Shown here one piece after another: positions 40,158-53,300 of a stretch of DNA of 64,000 nt. A program made the position numbers and the translations under genes. The stretch comes from an uncultured Verrucomicrobiae bacterium (GTDB lineage Bacteria > Verrucomicrobiota > Verrucomicrobiia > Limisphaerales > JAFGQR01). Numbering within the stretch: position 1 is the first letter of the stretch; every line of letters begins with the position of its first letter. The stretch lies in NCBI GenBank assembly GCA_963788655.1, contig CAWBHS010000058.1:32001-96000 (forward strand), written 5' to 3'. Under the pieces are notes generated by a model. The model saw only the letters and a program-made list of their open reading frames with translations, was not told the origin of the DNA and made no database searches.

Positions 40158-40200
40158 GGAGGCCACGGCGCGCACAAACCGGTTTTGGCAAGTGCTCCCT

Positions 40201-40345
40201 CCCCAAGGTCCAATGTCCAACGCCCAAGAACCAATGAAGGCCCCAAGTCCGAAGCGCCAACCCGAACAGGAATGGCCAGCAACTGTTTGATCGGGCCTTG
40301 GACATTGGACCTTCTCTGGTCATTGGCAATTGATCATTGATCATT
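40201..40345. repeat. Inverted pair of heptamer arrays
   Basis: AAGGTCCAATGTCCAACGCCC (40205-40225) and GGGCCTTGGACATTGGACCTT (40293-40313) are 20/21 complementary, embedded in NNCCAAN and GRNCATT 7-mer runs. Confidence 0.8.
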
Positions 40346-40577
40346 CTCCAAACGTTCTGTTCCCAACTGCCGGCCAGATGTCCGACGCACGTTCGGTCAG
40401 TACCATCACCTTTGAACTCACACTCCAAATTTGCCAGTTGACAGCCCAGAGCCTGGCTTTACGGTTCCAGAGATTCTTATTAAAAGGATAGGCCGGACTG
40501 CTGGATAATTGGGCAGCCTCTTGGGGTTGGGCTCAACGGCAGCAGGCCACCAACAAACCAAACAATCCGAAACCGTC

Positions 40578-42857
40578 ATGAAAAACATCGATCGACTTCG
40601 AACCACGTTTCCCGTCTCGAACTTCACGCACTCCGCGTTCTGCGGGGCAATGGTTACGCTCGCCTCGCTGCTGGCCGGAGTAACGAACGGGAGCGCCCAA
40701 CCGCTGACGCGCGCGCAAGCCGTGGACGCCTTACTGGCACCCGGCAGCGGCGTCACTATTGACACCAACAACAGTCCCGTCTGGTCTCCATTTCAGGACT
40801 TTGGATTTGGCGCGGGCCGCGAAGGCTTGCTACCGGCCGGAACGGTCGTTGATCCCGCCGTGTTGGGCCGACTTCCATTCCCGGGGCCAGGGGTCACGGC
40901 CGCACAAGACGCGTATTTCTTTTGGGTGGATGATCTCCCGGAAGCCCACTTCCAGCACCCCGTGCGTTTTGTGTTGTTGAATGCCGGCATGGCCGCACCG
41001 AACGTGGCCAACGGCGGCATCGTGGTGGCGGACGAGGGCTGGTGGCCGGTCCTCACCTTGACGAACGGCGCCAGCCAGGAGTTCTTCGCCGCGTTGGAAG
41101 ATCGGTCCACGTCCGATCCCGCCGGGCCTGACAATCCGCAAGGGCTGGTGGCCGGCCTCGCGCCGCTGCCACCCGCAGATGCTGCTTCGGCCCCGTTGAC
41201 ATTCCTCTCAAACTTGAGCGCGCCTCTCAGCGTTGTGGCGAGCGGGCAGAATGCTTGTGGCCTGATTGTGCGGGGCAGCGCCGGGGCCGATTTTGCGGGC
41301 GACGTGGACCGTTTTGCCAATGATATGCACAACCATTATGGCGTCCCCACCAACCGGATTATCAAAGCCAACAACGGCCAACCCGCGACCAGCAACGATC
41401 TCGCCACCGCGATCACGATGATCTGCACATCATCGCCGCCGTGCGACAAAATTTTCGTGCGCTTGACCTCGCATGGTTCGATTGGTGGTTTCAAGCTGGC
41501 CGACGGCAGCATTTCGGCCACCGACCTGTGCAAGCTTTTCAAGAAACTCGCGGCCAAGGGAGTGCCGATTTGCCTCTTGATCGAAGCCTGTCATAGCGGA
41601 AGCCTGCTTGATCCGCACGATTGGAATTTTCCGGCCGGCAGTGTAATTCTGACGGCGGCCGGAACCAATGAATCGTCATTTGGCGGATCGTTCCTCGACG
41701 GGACCAATCGTTTCACGGGTTCACTGTATCCTTATGCCCATTCTCAATGCCTGAACGCCAATCCGACCAACACTCCCGGTTTGGACAGCAATGGCGATGG
41801 CGACGTGGGCGACGACGAAGCCCACGCCTGGGTGCTCAAGGTTCAACCGTGTTACTCTTGGACGGTACACACGAACCAGATGTATTATCCCGCTGGCCAC
41901 GGCACCAACTACAATCCCCACCCGCAAATGCGCACGGTGGGCAGAAATCCCACCAAGATCAATCTCAACGTCTGCAACGGGACCGGCCAGCCCAAAACCG
42001 ATTTCCACATCGTCTTCCGAGGCAACGTGGCGGGGGGCATTCAAGGGGCCTGGCATTCCGATGCGCAGGATCACGTGCAGTTGGGTAATTCCTGGGGCAC
42101 CGACAACACCGTAACGTACGATACGAACCGGGATGAAACGACGGTTTCATGGATGGATGAAGGCAGTCCCGTGCAGTTCGGGGAATACATCCACTTTGGC
42201 TATTGGCCGAACAACGGTGGTCTGCGGCCGGTGCGCCAGTATTGGTCGCCCACCGGCAATCCGCCGAGTGCCCCGGATCGCGTGCCCACGCAACATTCTT
42301 CCGTCCAATCCGGTGCCGACGGCCACTCTGCGGTCGTCCACATCATCAGTTACGGCGAAGCAAATGACGGCTGGGGGCAGTTTCAATTCGGGGAAGTGTT
42401 GGTACGCTATTCGCCGAACGATATCCCGTTGGAAAGCCTGAATTCCGACGGCGTGGGCGAACTACCTCCCCTGCTGGCCACCAACTTCTTCCTTTCACCG
42501 GATGAGCCGTTTGAATTCACCGTGCCGGTGCCGGTGCAACCAGGCGATCCGCAACCGTCCTTGGTTCTGCAAAAGCAGTTGATGTCCGAAGTCAGCCAAA
42601 ATCAGAGCATCCCGCTGGAAATCATCCCGCTGGAATTGACGGCCCCAGCACCCGCCTTGAACATCCTCAAGGACGGCGACACTATCCAGGTGACGTGGGA
42701 GGCCCCGGTGGATTACATCTTGGAGGTTGCCCCGGGCTTCGATGGCCCATGGACGCCGCTTTTCACCGCGACGAGCCCGTTTGTGGAAACTGTCTCTCCC
42801 AGCACGCCACTTAAATTGTATCGGTTGCACTGGTATTCGTCCGCGGGCACTCGCTAA
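40578..42857 (+). CDS. Secreted clan CD cysteine peptidase (C13/caspase-like fold) with C-terminal YR domain
   Basis: IFVRLTSHG and LLIEACHSGS His/Cys dyad motifs; EF-like DSNGDGDVGDDEA; signal peptide; ends GPWTPL...KLYRLH. Confidence 0.78.
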   Translation: MKNIDRLRTTFPVSNFTHSAFCGAMVTLASLLAGVTNGSAQPLTRAQAVDALLAPGSGVTIDTNNSPVWSPFQDFGFGAGREGLLPAGTVVDPAVLGRLPFPGPGVTAAQDAYFFWVDDLPEAHFQHPVRFVLLNAGMAAPNVANGGIVVADEGWWPVLTLTNGASQEFFAALEDRSTSDPAGPDNPQGLVAGLAPLPPADAASAPLTFLSNLSAPLSVVASGQNACGLIVRGSAGADFAGDVDRFANDMHNHYGVPTNRIIKANNGQPATSNDLATAITMICTSSPPCDKIFVRLTSHGSIGGFKLADGSISATDLCKLFKKLAAKGVPICLLIEACHSGSLLDPHDWNFPAGSVILTAAGTNESSFGGSFLDGTNRFTGSLYPYAHSQCLNANPTNTPGLDSNGDGDVGDDEAHAWVLKVQPCYSWTVHTNQMYYPAGHGTNYNPHPQMRTVGRNPTKINLNVCNGTGQPKTDFHIVFRGNVAGGIQGAWHSDAQDHVQLGNSWGTDNTVTYDTNRDETTVSWMDEGSPVQFGEYIHFGYWPNNGGLRPVRQYWSPTGNPPSAPDRVPTQHSSVQSGADGHSAVVHIISYGEANDGWGQFQFGEVLVRYSPNDIPLESLNSDGVGELPPLLATNFFLSPDEPFEFTVPVPVQPGDPQPSLVLQKQLMSEVSQNQSIPLEIIPLELTAPAPALNILKDGDTIQVTWEAPVDYILEVAPGFDGPWTPLFTATSPFVETVSPSTPLKLYRLHWYSSAGTR

Positions 42858-42902
42858 GCCGCATCGATTCAGCCTGCCATGGTCGCCGACGTGTGTTAGC
42901 GG

Positions 42903-43796
42903 CTATGGTGACTCCACGGGCGTCAAACCTGCCGTCCATGCACAGCCACGACGCATCAATTCGCCGACGCCAGGGTTGTTGGTATAGGCCTGAACGTCAT
43001 GCCCCAGCGGCGTATGAAACACGCGGCCCTGGCCATAGCGCAACACGAAGGCCATGGGATAATCCTTCTGGTCCACCTTGGAAGTCGCCTTGGCCACGAC
43101 GTGAATGGGCGCGTCACCATCCAGACACGTGTACAGCTCGTCCACCGTCGTGAAGGGCTTCAGGCCTTTGGCGATGGGATGCTCTGAATCAGCCATCCTC
43201 ACGGTGAATTGACCGTGCGGATCGTGCGGACGCAGCTTGGGATTCCAGATGCGGCCGGCCAGCTTCGCGAACTCGGGCCATTCGTTGTTGTCCCAGGCGC
43301 CGCAGGCAAAGTGTGTCAACATCAGCCCTTTGCCCCCCGCCACAAATTGCCGGAGGTTCTCCCGGGCAGCGGGGCCGGGCCCCGGCACTTCCCAATCCAT
43401 GAAGTGCAGGATTACCACGTCCCAGGCATTCAACTTCGGCGACGCCAGGGCATTCGGATCGTCCACCATCCGCACGTGGAGCCGCCGATCTTGCTCGAGC
43501 AATCGCTTCAACACCCGCGCCGTCTGCCGCCACAAGTGGCCGGGATAATCGATCCCCGTTACCAGGAGCACTTTGGTGCCTGTTCCGGTGGGCGGATCAA
43601 GCTCCACCGCCAGTTTGGATCCTGGTGAACCCGGTTCGGCAACGTTGGCGTTGGGGTCGTTCCTGGCACTCGCAGATGCCGAGGGCGAAGGCCCCTGGCC
43701 ACCAACAACCGAAGCGGGCACGACCAGCGCAGCGAGGGTGATGAGCAGGGCAGTTTTGAAGATGGAATGGTTGGCCGGTTTCGAACTAAGTTTCAT
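42903..43796 (-). CDS. Secreted ThuA-like domain protein
   Basis: KVLLVTG, GGKGLMLTHFA, HPIAKGL, DELY, YGQGRVFHTPLGHD. Confidence 0.88.
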   Translation of the reverse strand: MKLSSKPANHSIFKTALLITLAALVVPASVVGGQGPSPSASASARNDPNANVAEPGSPGSKLAVELDPPTGTGTKVLLVTGIDYPGHLWRQTARVLKRLLEQDRRLHVRMVDDPNALASPKLNAWDVVILHFMDWEVPGPGPAARENLRQFVAGGKGLMLTHFACGAWDNNEWPEFAKLAGRIWNPKLRPHDPHGQFTVRMADSEHPIAKGLKPFTTVDELYTCLDGDAPIHVVAKATSKVDQKDYPMAFVLRYGQGRVFHTPLGHDVQAYTNNPGVGELMRRGCAWTAGLTPVESP

Positions 43797-44341
43797 AAAT
43801 CGTGTTTCAGCGATCGTGTTCTTCCCAACCGCAGTTCCCGAAAAGGGTGCTCGCAGTGGCCACTTTCAGGTCCACCATCCGCGCCTGGAATTCGCCGCCA
43901 GTCATACACGATCCACGCTCCGTCACGCAATTCCTTTAAATTGGAAACGTCCGGGCGTCCGGGCTGTCGGCAAGGCGGCGGTTTCCACCTCACGCTCGCG
44001 GAGTGACTGACGCGGCTCCAGCCATGGCTCCCGAAGCGGGCGCGTTCCGTTCGGAATGCAATAACACTGGACAAGCGAACGACTTGTCGCTACTGTTCGG
44101 GCGTGTTTCCACCGAATTTCGCAGGTGCTTTATGGCATTTAACGGCCTGCACTGGGCAGCATTCGCAACGATTCGCTGCCACTCCGGCAGTTTCTGGACG
44201 CCCCTCCGCTGCCGGATTGGCCACGTCAAAACGCCTCGATTCGGCGGGAAACCAAGTGGTGTAGTTGTTGCCGAAACCCTCGGCTGTTTGTTCACGTTTA
44301 GTGTCTTGAAGGCAATTCATTGCCGGTCGTTTAGAGTCATC

Positions 44342-47300
44342 ATGAAATTCCATCGTATCTTCCACGTTCGAGCTATCTTGGCCGTTCTGCTTCTCCCTGC
44401 TTGTTTTGAAGGGCTGGCGGCGGAGGGCAACTTTGCCGCTTACAACGACCACAGCCCGGGCGGGGGCACTGCGCCCAACGTCAATACGTATTCCCTGGGG
44501 CAAGGCGGCCAAACGGCGGGCGGCCCCTTGATCGATTTTAGCTCGGGCGCTCCCGACAGTCCGAACCAGGTAAGCGTGTCGATCACGGGTGCGGGTGACA
44601 TCGTTGGCACCGAAGGTACCTCGGGCAGCCCGGATGCCGGCACGCCGGCGGACCAAATTTTTGGAGGCAAAATCGACTGGCTGTCCAGCGCGATCTATTT
44701 CAGTCCCGCCCCTTACGACTCGGCGGTCATTTTCACGTTCAGCAACCTGAATCCGGGCATGAAATACCGCTTTCGAGGCACCGCCGTGCGCGGCAACAAT
44801 TATGACGGTCGGTGGACCCTCGCCACGTTGACCGGCGCCAGCAGCGCTTCACCCGCACACATCACCGGAGTGGGTTCGCCGGGAATTATCACCAATGGCT
44901 GGGCACCTTATGGCGACAGTTTCGCGGCGGAAACCCAAGCCGCGTGGAACAGCGGCCATAACCTGTCGGGCGATGTGATCGGTTGGGACAACATCATTCC
45001 CGAGGGCAACTCATTCTCGGTGATTTGCTCGAATTATCATGCCGTATCTCTCGAAAGCCCGCTGGGGCCTCTGGAAGACAGGTACTGTTACGCCTTCGCT
45101 GCCTTCATGTTGGAAGAGTCGCCCAGCGGGCCAACGGTCGCCCTCACCAGTCCGGCGCCCGACGCGCATTTTACGGCGCCCACGGACATTGCCCTGGTGG
45201 CGGTGCCAGCCAATTTCTCCAATGCCATTCAGATGGTCGAATTTTTCGCCGACACGGCCAAGATTGGCGAAGCCCCCGCCAGTCCTTATGAATACACCTG
45301 GCCGAATGCAGGAGCCGGTGATTACGCCTTAAGTGCGGTGGCCACCGACAGTTTGGGAATCATGGCCACCTCCGCAATCGTCAACGTGACGGTCACCGAA
45401 CCCGACACGACCCCGCCCACCGTGAGCATTACAGAACCCGCGAACGGCGCCGCGTTCAACACTGGCACCGAGATCACGATCACCGCCGATGCCAACGACA
45501 CGGGCAGCGGCGTCAGCACGGTCGAATTCTTCCAAGGCACCTCCAGTCTGGGCGAAGCCACGGCCACTCCCTTCAGCCTGCTGTGGAGCGGCACGCAGCC
45601 GGGCAGTTACACCTTCACCGCCGTCGCCATCGACAACGTGGGATTGCGCGCCACGTCGGCCCCGGTGATGGTCACGCTCACCGGACCCGCCATCTCAGCC
45701 GGAGGCTTGGCGTTTGACGGCCAGAACGATTACGTCACGTTTGGCGAGGCGCCGGGTTTAGGCGTGCAGGCCTTTACCATCGAAACCTGGTTCAATTGGC
45801 GTGGTCCAGGCACCGGGGCGACAGTTACCACCGGTGCCGGAGGCGTGCAAGAGGCCATTCCGCTGGTGGCGAAAGGGCGCGGGGAAGAAGACGGCACCAT
45901 TCGAGACATGAATTTCATTCTAGCCATCAATGCGGCGGATAACCGGTTGGCCGCTGATTTCGAAGAAGGCGCCACCGGACCTTCGCCGGGCTTGAACCAT
46001 CCGGTGTATGGCAATACGCCAGTGACACCCGATGTGTGGAACCATGCCGCGGTGACCTTTGACGGCACGAACTGGCAACTGTTTCTGAACGGTGTGCTGG
46101 AAACCAACACGTTCGTCGGCCAGCCACCGCGATGGGACAGCATTCAATACGCTTCGTTGGCCTCGGCCCTCGATTCGAGCGGTTCCCCGGTCGGCTATTT
46201 CGCCGGCGTGCTGGATGAAGTCCGCATCTGGAACTACGCCCGTTCGGCCGAACAAATCGCTGACAATCGCGCCCTGGAAATCGCCTTCGCACCCGGACTG
46301 ATCGGCCGCTGGTCACTGAATGAAACCACCGGAACAACCGCGGAGGACACCGCCGGCGGCAGCATCGATGGCACGCTCCATAATGGCCCGGTATGGACCA
46401 ATGGGTATCCGTTTTCTTCCGCGCCCAGCGTGACCATCACCAACCCAGTCAACAACGACGTGTTCGTAACGCCCACCAACGTCACCATCATGGCCAGCGC
46501 GATGGACGGCGATGGCAGCGTCACCAACGTTCAGTTCCTCGAAGGCAATGCCGTGCTCGGCGATGATGCCGACGAACCGTTCTCCTTCACCTGGAATAAT
46601 GTGGCGCCCGGCCGGTATGTCCTGCGGGCCGCCGCGACAGACAACAGCGGCTTGAGCAGCACCTCGGCACCCGTAAACATCACCGTCGAAAACGCCATCG
46701 TCCGCCTCACCGAACCCTCCAACGACACCCAATTCGTGGCTCCGGAGAATATCACGCTGACCGCGGAGGCCTCGGATACGGATGGCGCCATTACGCTGGT
46801 AGAGTTCTTTGAAGGCGCCACGAAAATCGGCGAAGCCAACAGCCGGCCTTTTAGTATCGTATGGAGCAACGTGCCGGCGGGCAGTTATTCGATCACGGCC
46901 GTGGCCACGGATATTCATGACACAGCCAACACCTCGGCCCCAGTGAACATCACCGTGGTACCGAACACTCCGCCGACTGTGGCCATCACCTCGCCCCCCA
47001 ACTTCGCGACGATCTATTATCCGAGCAACCTGCCCATTGTCGTAGCGGCAACGGATAGCGACGGCAGCGTGACGAATGTGGATTTCTACGGCGATGGCAC
47101 CAAACTCGGCCAACGCCCCGGAACGCCCAGTCCCTCCACATTGACCTGGACCAACATCCCCCTCGGCGTTCACGCCTTGGCCGCCGTGGCGACCGATAAC
47201 AAGGGCATCTCTGCCACCTCCACCGTGGTGAATATCACTGTCGAAATCAACGAACCGCCCACGGTCCAGAGCGTCAATCCGTCGGCAGGCAACCTCGGCA

Positions 47301-50300
47301 GCCTGACCTCGATCCAGGTCGCGTTCAGCGAACCAGTCACTGGCGTGGACGCCGCCGATCTGCTGGTCAACGGCGTACCAGCTACGCAATTAATTGGTGC
47401 TGGCACGCTGTACGTTTTCAGTTTCCCTCAGCCGGACTACGGCCCGGTGGCAATCACCTGGGTCAGCGATCCGGGCATCATGGATACCGGTGTGCCCACC
47501 CTGGCGTTTGATCCCACCGGCGCAGGCGCAACGTGGAATTACAATCTGATCGACAGCACCCCGCCCACGCTGATGGCGATTAGTCCATCCGCCGGTTCCA
47601 GCTTGACGAATCTGACCGCGGTGCAAGTCACGTTCAGCGAACCGGTGATGGGCGTAAACGCCAGCGACCTGCTGGTCAACGGCAATCCGGCCATCGGCTT
47701 GGGAGGATCGGACGCCAATTACACGTTCTCCTTCCCGCAACCGCTCTATGGCAACGTCAATTTCACCTGGGCCAGCGGCCACGGCATCGCGGATTCGTCC
47801 TCGAATCCTTTTGACGGCAACGCTCCGGGCGCGACCTGGCAATACTACCTCGAGGCGCCGCGTACCGTCCTGGTGGCCACCAATGCCACCTATCGCCTGT
47901 TCGAGGGACTGTCCGAAGCGTCCGATCCGATGGACGCCTGGCGCGCGCCCGATTTTAATGATTCGTCCTGGACCGAGGCGCCCGGGCCGTTCTACTACGA
48001 CTCCAGCGGCACGTATTACGGCAACACCCTGCTGGCCAACATGCCGGGGCAGTATTTGACCATCTACCTGCGCTATCCGTTCGTGGTGAATAATCCTGAA
48101 ATCCTGACCAATCTCGTGTTCGTTTCCCGATCTGACGACGGCTTCGTGGCCTGGTTGAACGGGCAGGAAATCTTCCATTCGCCCACCGTGCCATACGAGG
48201 AAATTCCCTACACCTACCCGAACAGCATCTATGTGACGAGCGCCAACGAACCGTTGCCGTTCATCACCAACACCATTGCCGTGCCCTCCACGGTGTTGGT
48301 TCCGGGAACCAACTGGCTGACCATCCACGCCTGCAACACCAGCCTTAGCAGCAGCGATTTCATGATCGACTGCCAACTGTATGTGACCGCGCTCGATCCG
48401 TCGGTTTCGCCGCCGGTCATCAGTTCCGTCAGCCCACCCGCGGGCGACGTGTTCAATCTCAACTCGATAACGGTGCGGTTCTCGGAAGCAGTCGCCAACG
48501 TCAATGCGGCGGACTTGCTCATCAACGGCGTGGCGGCGACGGACCTGACCGGCGCCGGCGACACTTGGACGTTTGACTTTCCGCAACCCGATTACGGGCC
48601 AGTCAGCGTCACCTGGGATGCCAACCAGGGCATCATGGACTTGGATGATCCGCCCAAACCGTTTGATGGAACCGCTCCCGGCGCGACCTTCCAATATTCG
48701 TTGCTCAACCCGAACGCGCCGACGGTGCTCGGTCAGAATCCGCTGGCCGGCGCCACCATCAACAACTTGACGCAAGTACAGGTCACCTTCAGCAAGGCGG
48801 TCCAGGGTGTGGATGCGGCGGATCTATTGGTGAATGGGGTGGCCGCGACGTCGGTCACTGGCACTGGCGGCGCACGGACCTTCACGTTGGCGCAACCGGC
48901 GTACGGTTTGGTGACCGTCACGTGGGCCGCCAATCACAACATCACCGATACGGAGAGCCCGACCAATCCCTTCGACGCCTCGCGGCCGGGCGCCACGTGG
49001 CAGTACACGTTGATTGACCAAACGCCGCCAACGATAGTTTCCCAAACTCCCGCCGCCGGCACTTCCGTGACCAACCTGACGGAATTGAGCGTCACCTTCA
49101 GCGAATCCGTGATGGGCGTAAACGCGAGCGATCTGCGCATCAATGGTTCACCCGCCACGGGGGTGGATGGTTCAGGCGCGCAATACACGTTCACTTTCCC
49201 GCAGCCCAACGCCACCATCGTCAACATTACCTGGGCGCCCGCCCATGGCATCACCGACCTGGCCGAGGTGCCGAACCTGTTCGATGGGACTGCTCCCGGC
49301 TCGACGTGGGTTTATTACACGCCGGACAATGTGGCGCCCACCGCGGCCAGCATTGATCCGCCGCCGGGTGCTACCATTCGGTCGCTCTCACAAATCTCGG
49401 TGTTGTTCACCGAATCGGTCAGCGGAGTCGATGCCAGCGATCTATTGATCAACGATGAACCGGCGCCCAGCGTCGTGGGCAACGGCGCGGGTCCCTACGT
49501 TTTCCAATTTGCCCCGCCGCCCACGGGCGAGGTCCACGTCGCCTGGGCTTCGGCGCACGGGATCCGCGATTCGGCTCAGCCGCCCAACCCGTTTACCGGA
49601 GGTGCCTGGGGGTACAACTTCAATCCCAACGCCCGGTTTGAAGGCTCCGTCGTCTTCAACGAAATCATGTATTCGCCCTATTCTACAGAAGACGCCGACG
49701 AATGGATCGAGCTTTACAACACCACTGCCGACACCATCAACCTGAGCGGTTGGCGTTTCAGCCGCGGCGTGACGTTCACCTTCCCGAACGTCTCCGTGCC
49801 GCCGCACGGCTATCTGGTCGTGTGCGCCAGCCTCGCGGCCTTCCAGGCGAAACATCCGAGCGTAGCCAACGTGGTCGGTGATTGGGTGGGCCGCTTGAGC
49901 AACATCGATGAGAGCCTCGAACTGAAAGACGCCAACGGCAACGTCGTCAGCCAGATTCATTATGCCGACGAAGGCGATTGGGCGACGCGCGTCAGTGGTG
50001 ATGGCCTCATGACGGTTCACCAGTTGACCAGCAGCGGCACGACGGCGCGCGCCACGGCTTTGGGCATCTACCAAAATGGCGATCAGATGACCATTTCCGG
50101 TGCCGATCAGCCGGAATACAACGGGACGTATTCCATCTCCGGCGTCTCGTGGAACGGCCGGGCACCAGTCACCTCCTTCACCTACAACATGCCCAGTCCC
50201 GCTTCGTCACCGGCCACCGGCTATATCGTTTGCCGCCAGGAAACCGATCTGGGAGTGCGCGGCTGGTCGTGGGCTTCTTTGGCGGACGGCTTCGGGCGCT

Positions 50301-53300
50301 CGATAGAATTGTGCAATCCGGAGTTGGTGACAGGCAATGGGCAAAACTGGCAGCCGAGCCTGACGCCCGAGGGCACCCCGGGACAGCCCAACACCGTGCT
50401 CACCAATGACGTCGCACCGATCATTTCCGACGTGTTGCACTCGCCGTCCGTGCCCAAGCCGGCGGATACGGTGTTTGTGACCGCCCACGTGCTGGACGAG
50501 GATAGCATCGGCCTGACGGTGGACTTGTTCTATCGCAATGCCAGCACCACTTCACCAGGCGCCTTCACCCGCGTGGACATGTTCGATGACGGTCTGCACG
50601 GCGACGGCCAGGCCAAGGACGGTCTTTACCGCAGTTCCGTGCCGGCCCAGGGCAACGCGACGATCATCGAGTTTTACGTGCGGGCCACCGACGTGAACAA
50701 CAATGTCCGCACCTGGCCCGCTCCCGCGCTGATGGCCGATGGTTCCTGGACGCAGGAGGCGAACGCCCTGTATCAAGTCGATGACGATCTGGCGCCAGCT
50801 AGCCCCGCCAACGCCACGCAACCGTTCTATCGCATCATCATGACCGAAACCGAGCGGCGGCGCTTTGACAACATCAACCGCGAAAGCGACGCCTGCATGA
50901 ACGCCACTTGGGTGACTTACGATGTCGATGGCTATCAAGTTCGTTATAACGCGGACGTGCGCATCCGTGGCGCCGGATCGCGCGGTCGTCCCGTCCCAAA
51001 CAACCGCGTCAATATTCCCTCCGATCGCCGGTGGAAAGGCCAGCGTGAAATCAACCTCAACACCCAGTATATCCATGCCCAGTTGGCCGGCAGTTCCCTG
51101 TCCGCCAAGGCGGGCATGCCCGCGGCCCGCGGCCGCGTCGTCCAAGTCCGCTTCAACGGTTCGAATCGGGCGAGCAGCTTGCCGGCGGGCCAGAGCGGAA
51201 GCGGCGACGGCTTTGGCAGTTACTACCATTTTGAAGCCTTCAATGGAGATTGGGCGCAAAATCTCTTTCCGCTGAACAGCGGGGGCAATATCTATCGCGG
51301 CTCCAAGTATCCGTGGAACGCCAACCTTGATTACCTCCTGGGCTCGACGCCTCGTCACCAACACCGGCCTCGATTTTGTCAACTACGTCAACCACGGTTA
51401 CAGCAAAGCCTCCAACCACGGGGAGAACGATTGGACCGATCTGTACCGCCTCACCTGGGCGCTGACGATGATTCCCAATGACGCAGACTACGTCCAGGCA
51501 GTCAGCACCAACATGAATCTCGAACTGAGCATGCGCTTCTTCGCCCTCTGCAACGCCATCGACTACCGCGAAACCTCACTCTGCATTGGCGTTGGCGATG
51601 ACTACGCCATGTACCGCGGCACTACCGATCCGCGCTTTACTTTCCTGCCGCACGACTTCGACACCATCATGGGACAAGGGGACACCAGCGGTTCGACCAG
51701 TCGCTCGATTTGGACCATGGTGGATAGTCCCTCGACCACCGATCCCAGTCAGCGGGCCAACTTCCTGGCGCGTTTCATGCGCCATCCGAAGTTTGCGCCG
51801 ATCTATTTCCGCGAACTCAAACGCCTGTGCGACACGGTGCTCCTGCCGGAGGAATTCAATCCGCTGCTCGACGAAACGCTTGGCGGTTGGGTGCCGGAGA
51901 ATACGCGCACTTCCATGAAGAACTTCATGGCGCAACGCCGCGCATCGATTTTGTCGCAACTGCCGCTGACCTACACGGTGAACGTGCCGCTCAGCCAATC
52001 CAGCGGTTACTATCGCAGCACCAGCGCCACAGCCACCCTCAACGGCACGGCCAACGCCCTCGACACCGCCACAATTCTGGTCAACGGCGTCAACGCCAAT
52101 TACACGGTGTGGCAAGGCACTTGGACCAGCAGTGTCGCCCTGCAACCGGGCGTCAACCGCGTCGTGGTTCAATGCCTCGATACCAATGGCGTGCCAACGT
52201 ACGCGCAATCGGTCGAAATCTGGTATGACACGGGCCTCGGCACTCCCGTCTCCGGCAGCATCGCCGCCAGCACCGGTTGGTCGGCGGCCAGTGGTCCGTA
52301 TCATTTGACCGGCAACCTGACGATCAATTCCGGCGCCACGCTCACCATTCAGCCCGGCACGACGCTCTATCTCGATTCCGGCGTCAACCTCACCGTGGCC
52401 AACGGCGGGCGCCTCGTAGCCGAAGGCACGGAACTGGCACCGATCCATTTCATGCGGCCGCCGGGCACCTCGGGGAGTTGGGGTGGAATGACGATCAACG
52501 GCGGGGCCAGTTCGCCCGAAACTCGCATTGCCTACGCGCATTTCCAAGGCAACGGCTCGACCGCCATTCATTCTTCGGGTGGCACCGTCTTCCTGGATCA
52601 TCTGACGTTCGGCTCGACCGGCCACCAATACGTCTCGTTGGATGGTTCGTCGTTCGTCGTCAGCAACTGCGAGTTCCCCACCCCGACCGGTTCATTCGAA
52701 CCCGTCCATGGCACCGGCGGCATCAAGAGCGGCGGCCGGGGCATCTTCCTGCGTAACTTCTTTGGCGCGGCGAACGGCTACAATGACGTGGTCGATTTCA
52801 CCGGCGGCAATCGGCCCAGCCCCATCGTGCAGTTCATCAATAATGTCTTCATTGGCAGCGGGGATGACCATCTGGATCTCGACAGCACCGACGCCTGGAT
52901 CGAGGGCAACATCTTCATGCATGCCCACAAGAACGGTTCGCCCGACACCGCCAGCGCCGTCAGTGGCGGCAACGACGACGGACAGGCTTCCGAGATTACG
53001 ATCATTGGCAACATCATTTACGACTGCGACCAGGCTGCGATGGCCAAGCAAGGTGATTTTTACACGCTGATCAACAACACCATCGTTCACCAAACCCACC
53101 AAGGCGGTCTGGATACGGAAGGCGCCGTCGTCTGCGTAGCCGACGACGGTACCGCGCAAGCCGCGGGGATGTATCTCGAGGGGAACATCCTGTACGACGT
53201 GGAACAACTGGTGCGCAACCAAACCACCGCCGTGGTGACGTTCACCAACAACTTGATGCCACTGCCGTGGGCCGGCCCCGGCGGCGACAATTCAAGCGCC

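Noticed and set aside
44003..44341. N-terminal extensions given by the ORF track (also 743-916, 21324-21521, 9281-9394, 40509-40577, 61186-61269)
   Set aside because: Downstream starts give proper signal peptides or family N-termini; the extensions overlap other genes, repeats or promoter DNA.
29175..49630. Diversity-generating retroelement or recent DNA duplication behind the repeated Ig modules
   Set aside because: No reverse transcriptase; the copies are diverged throughout, not only at adenines.
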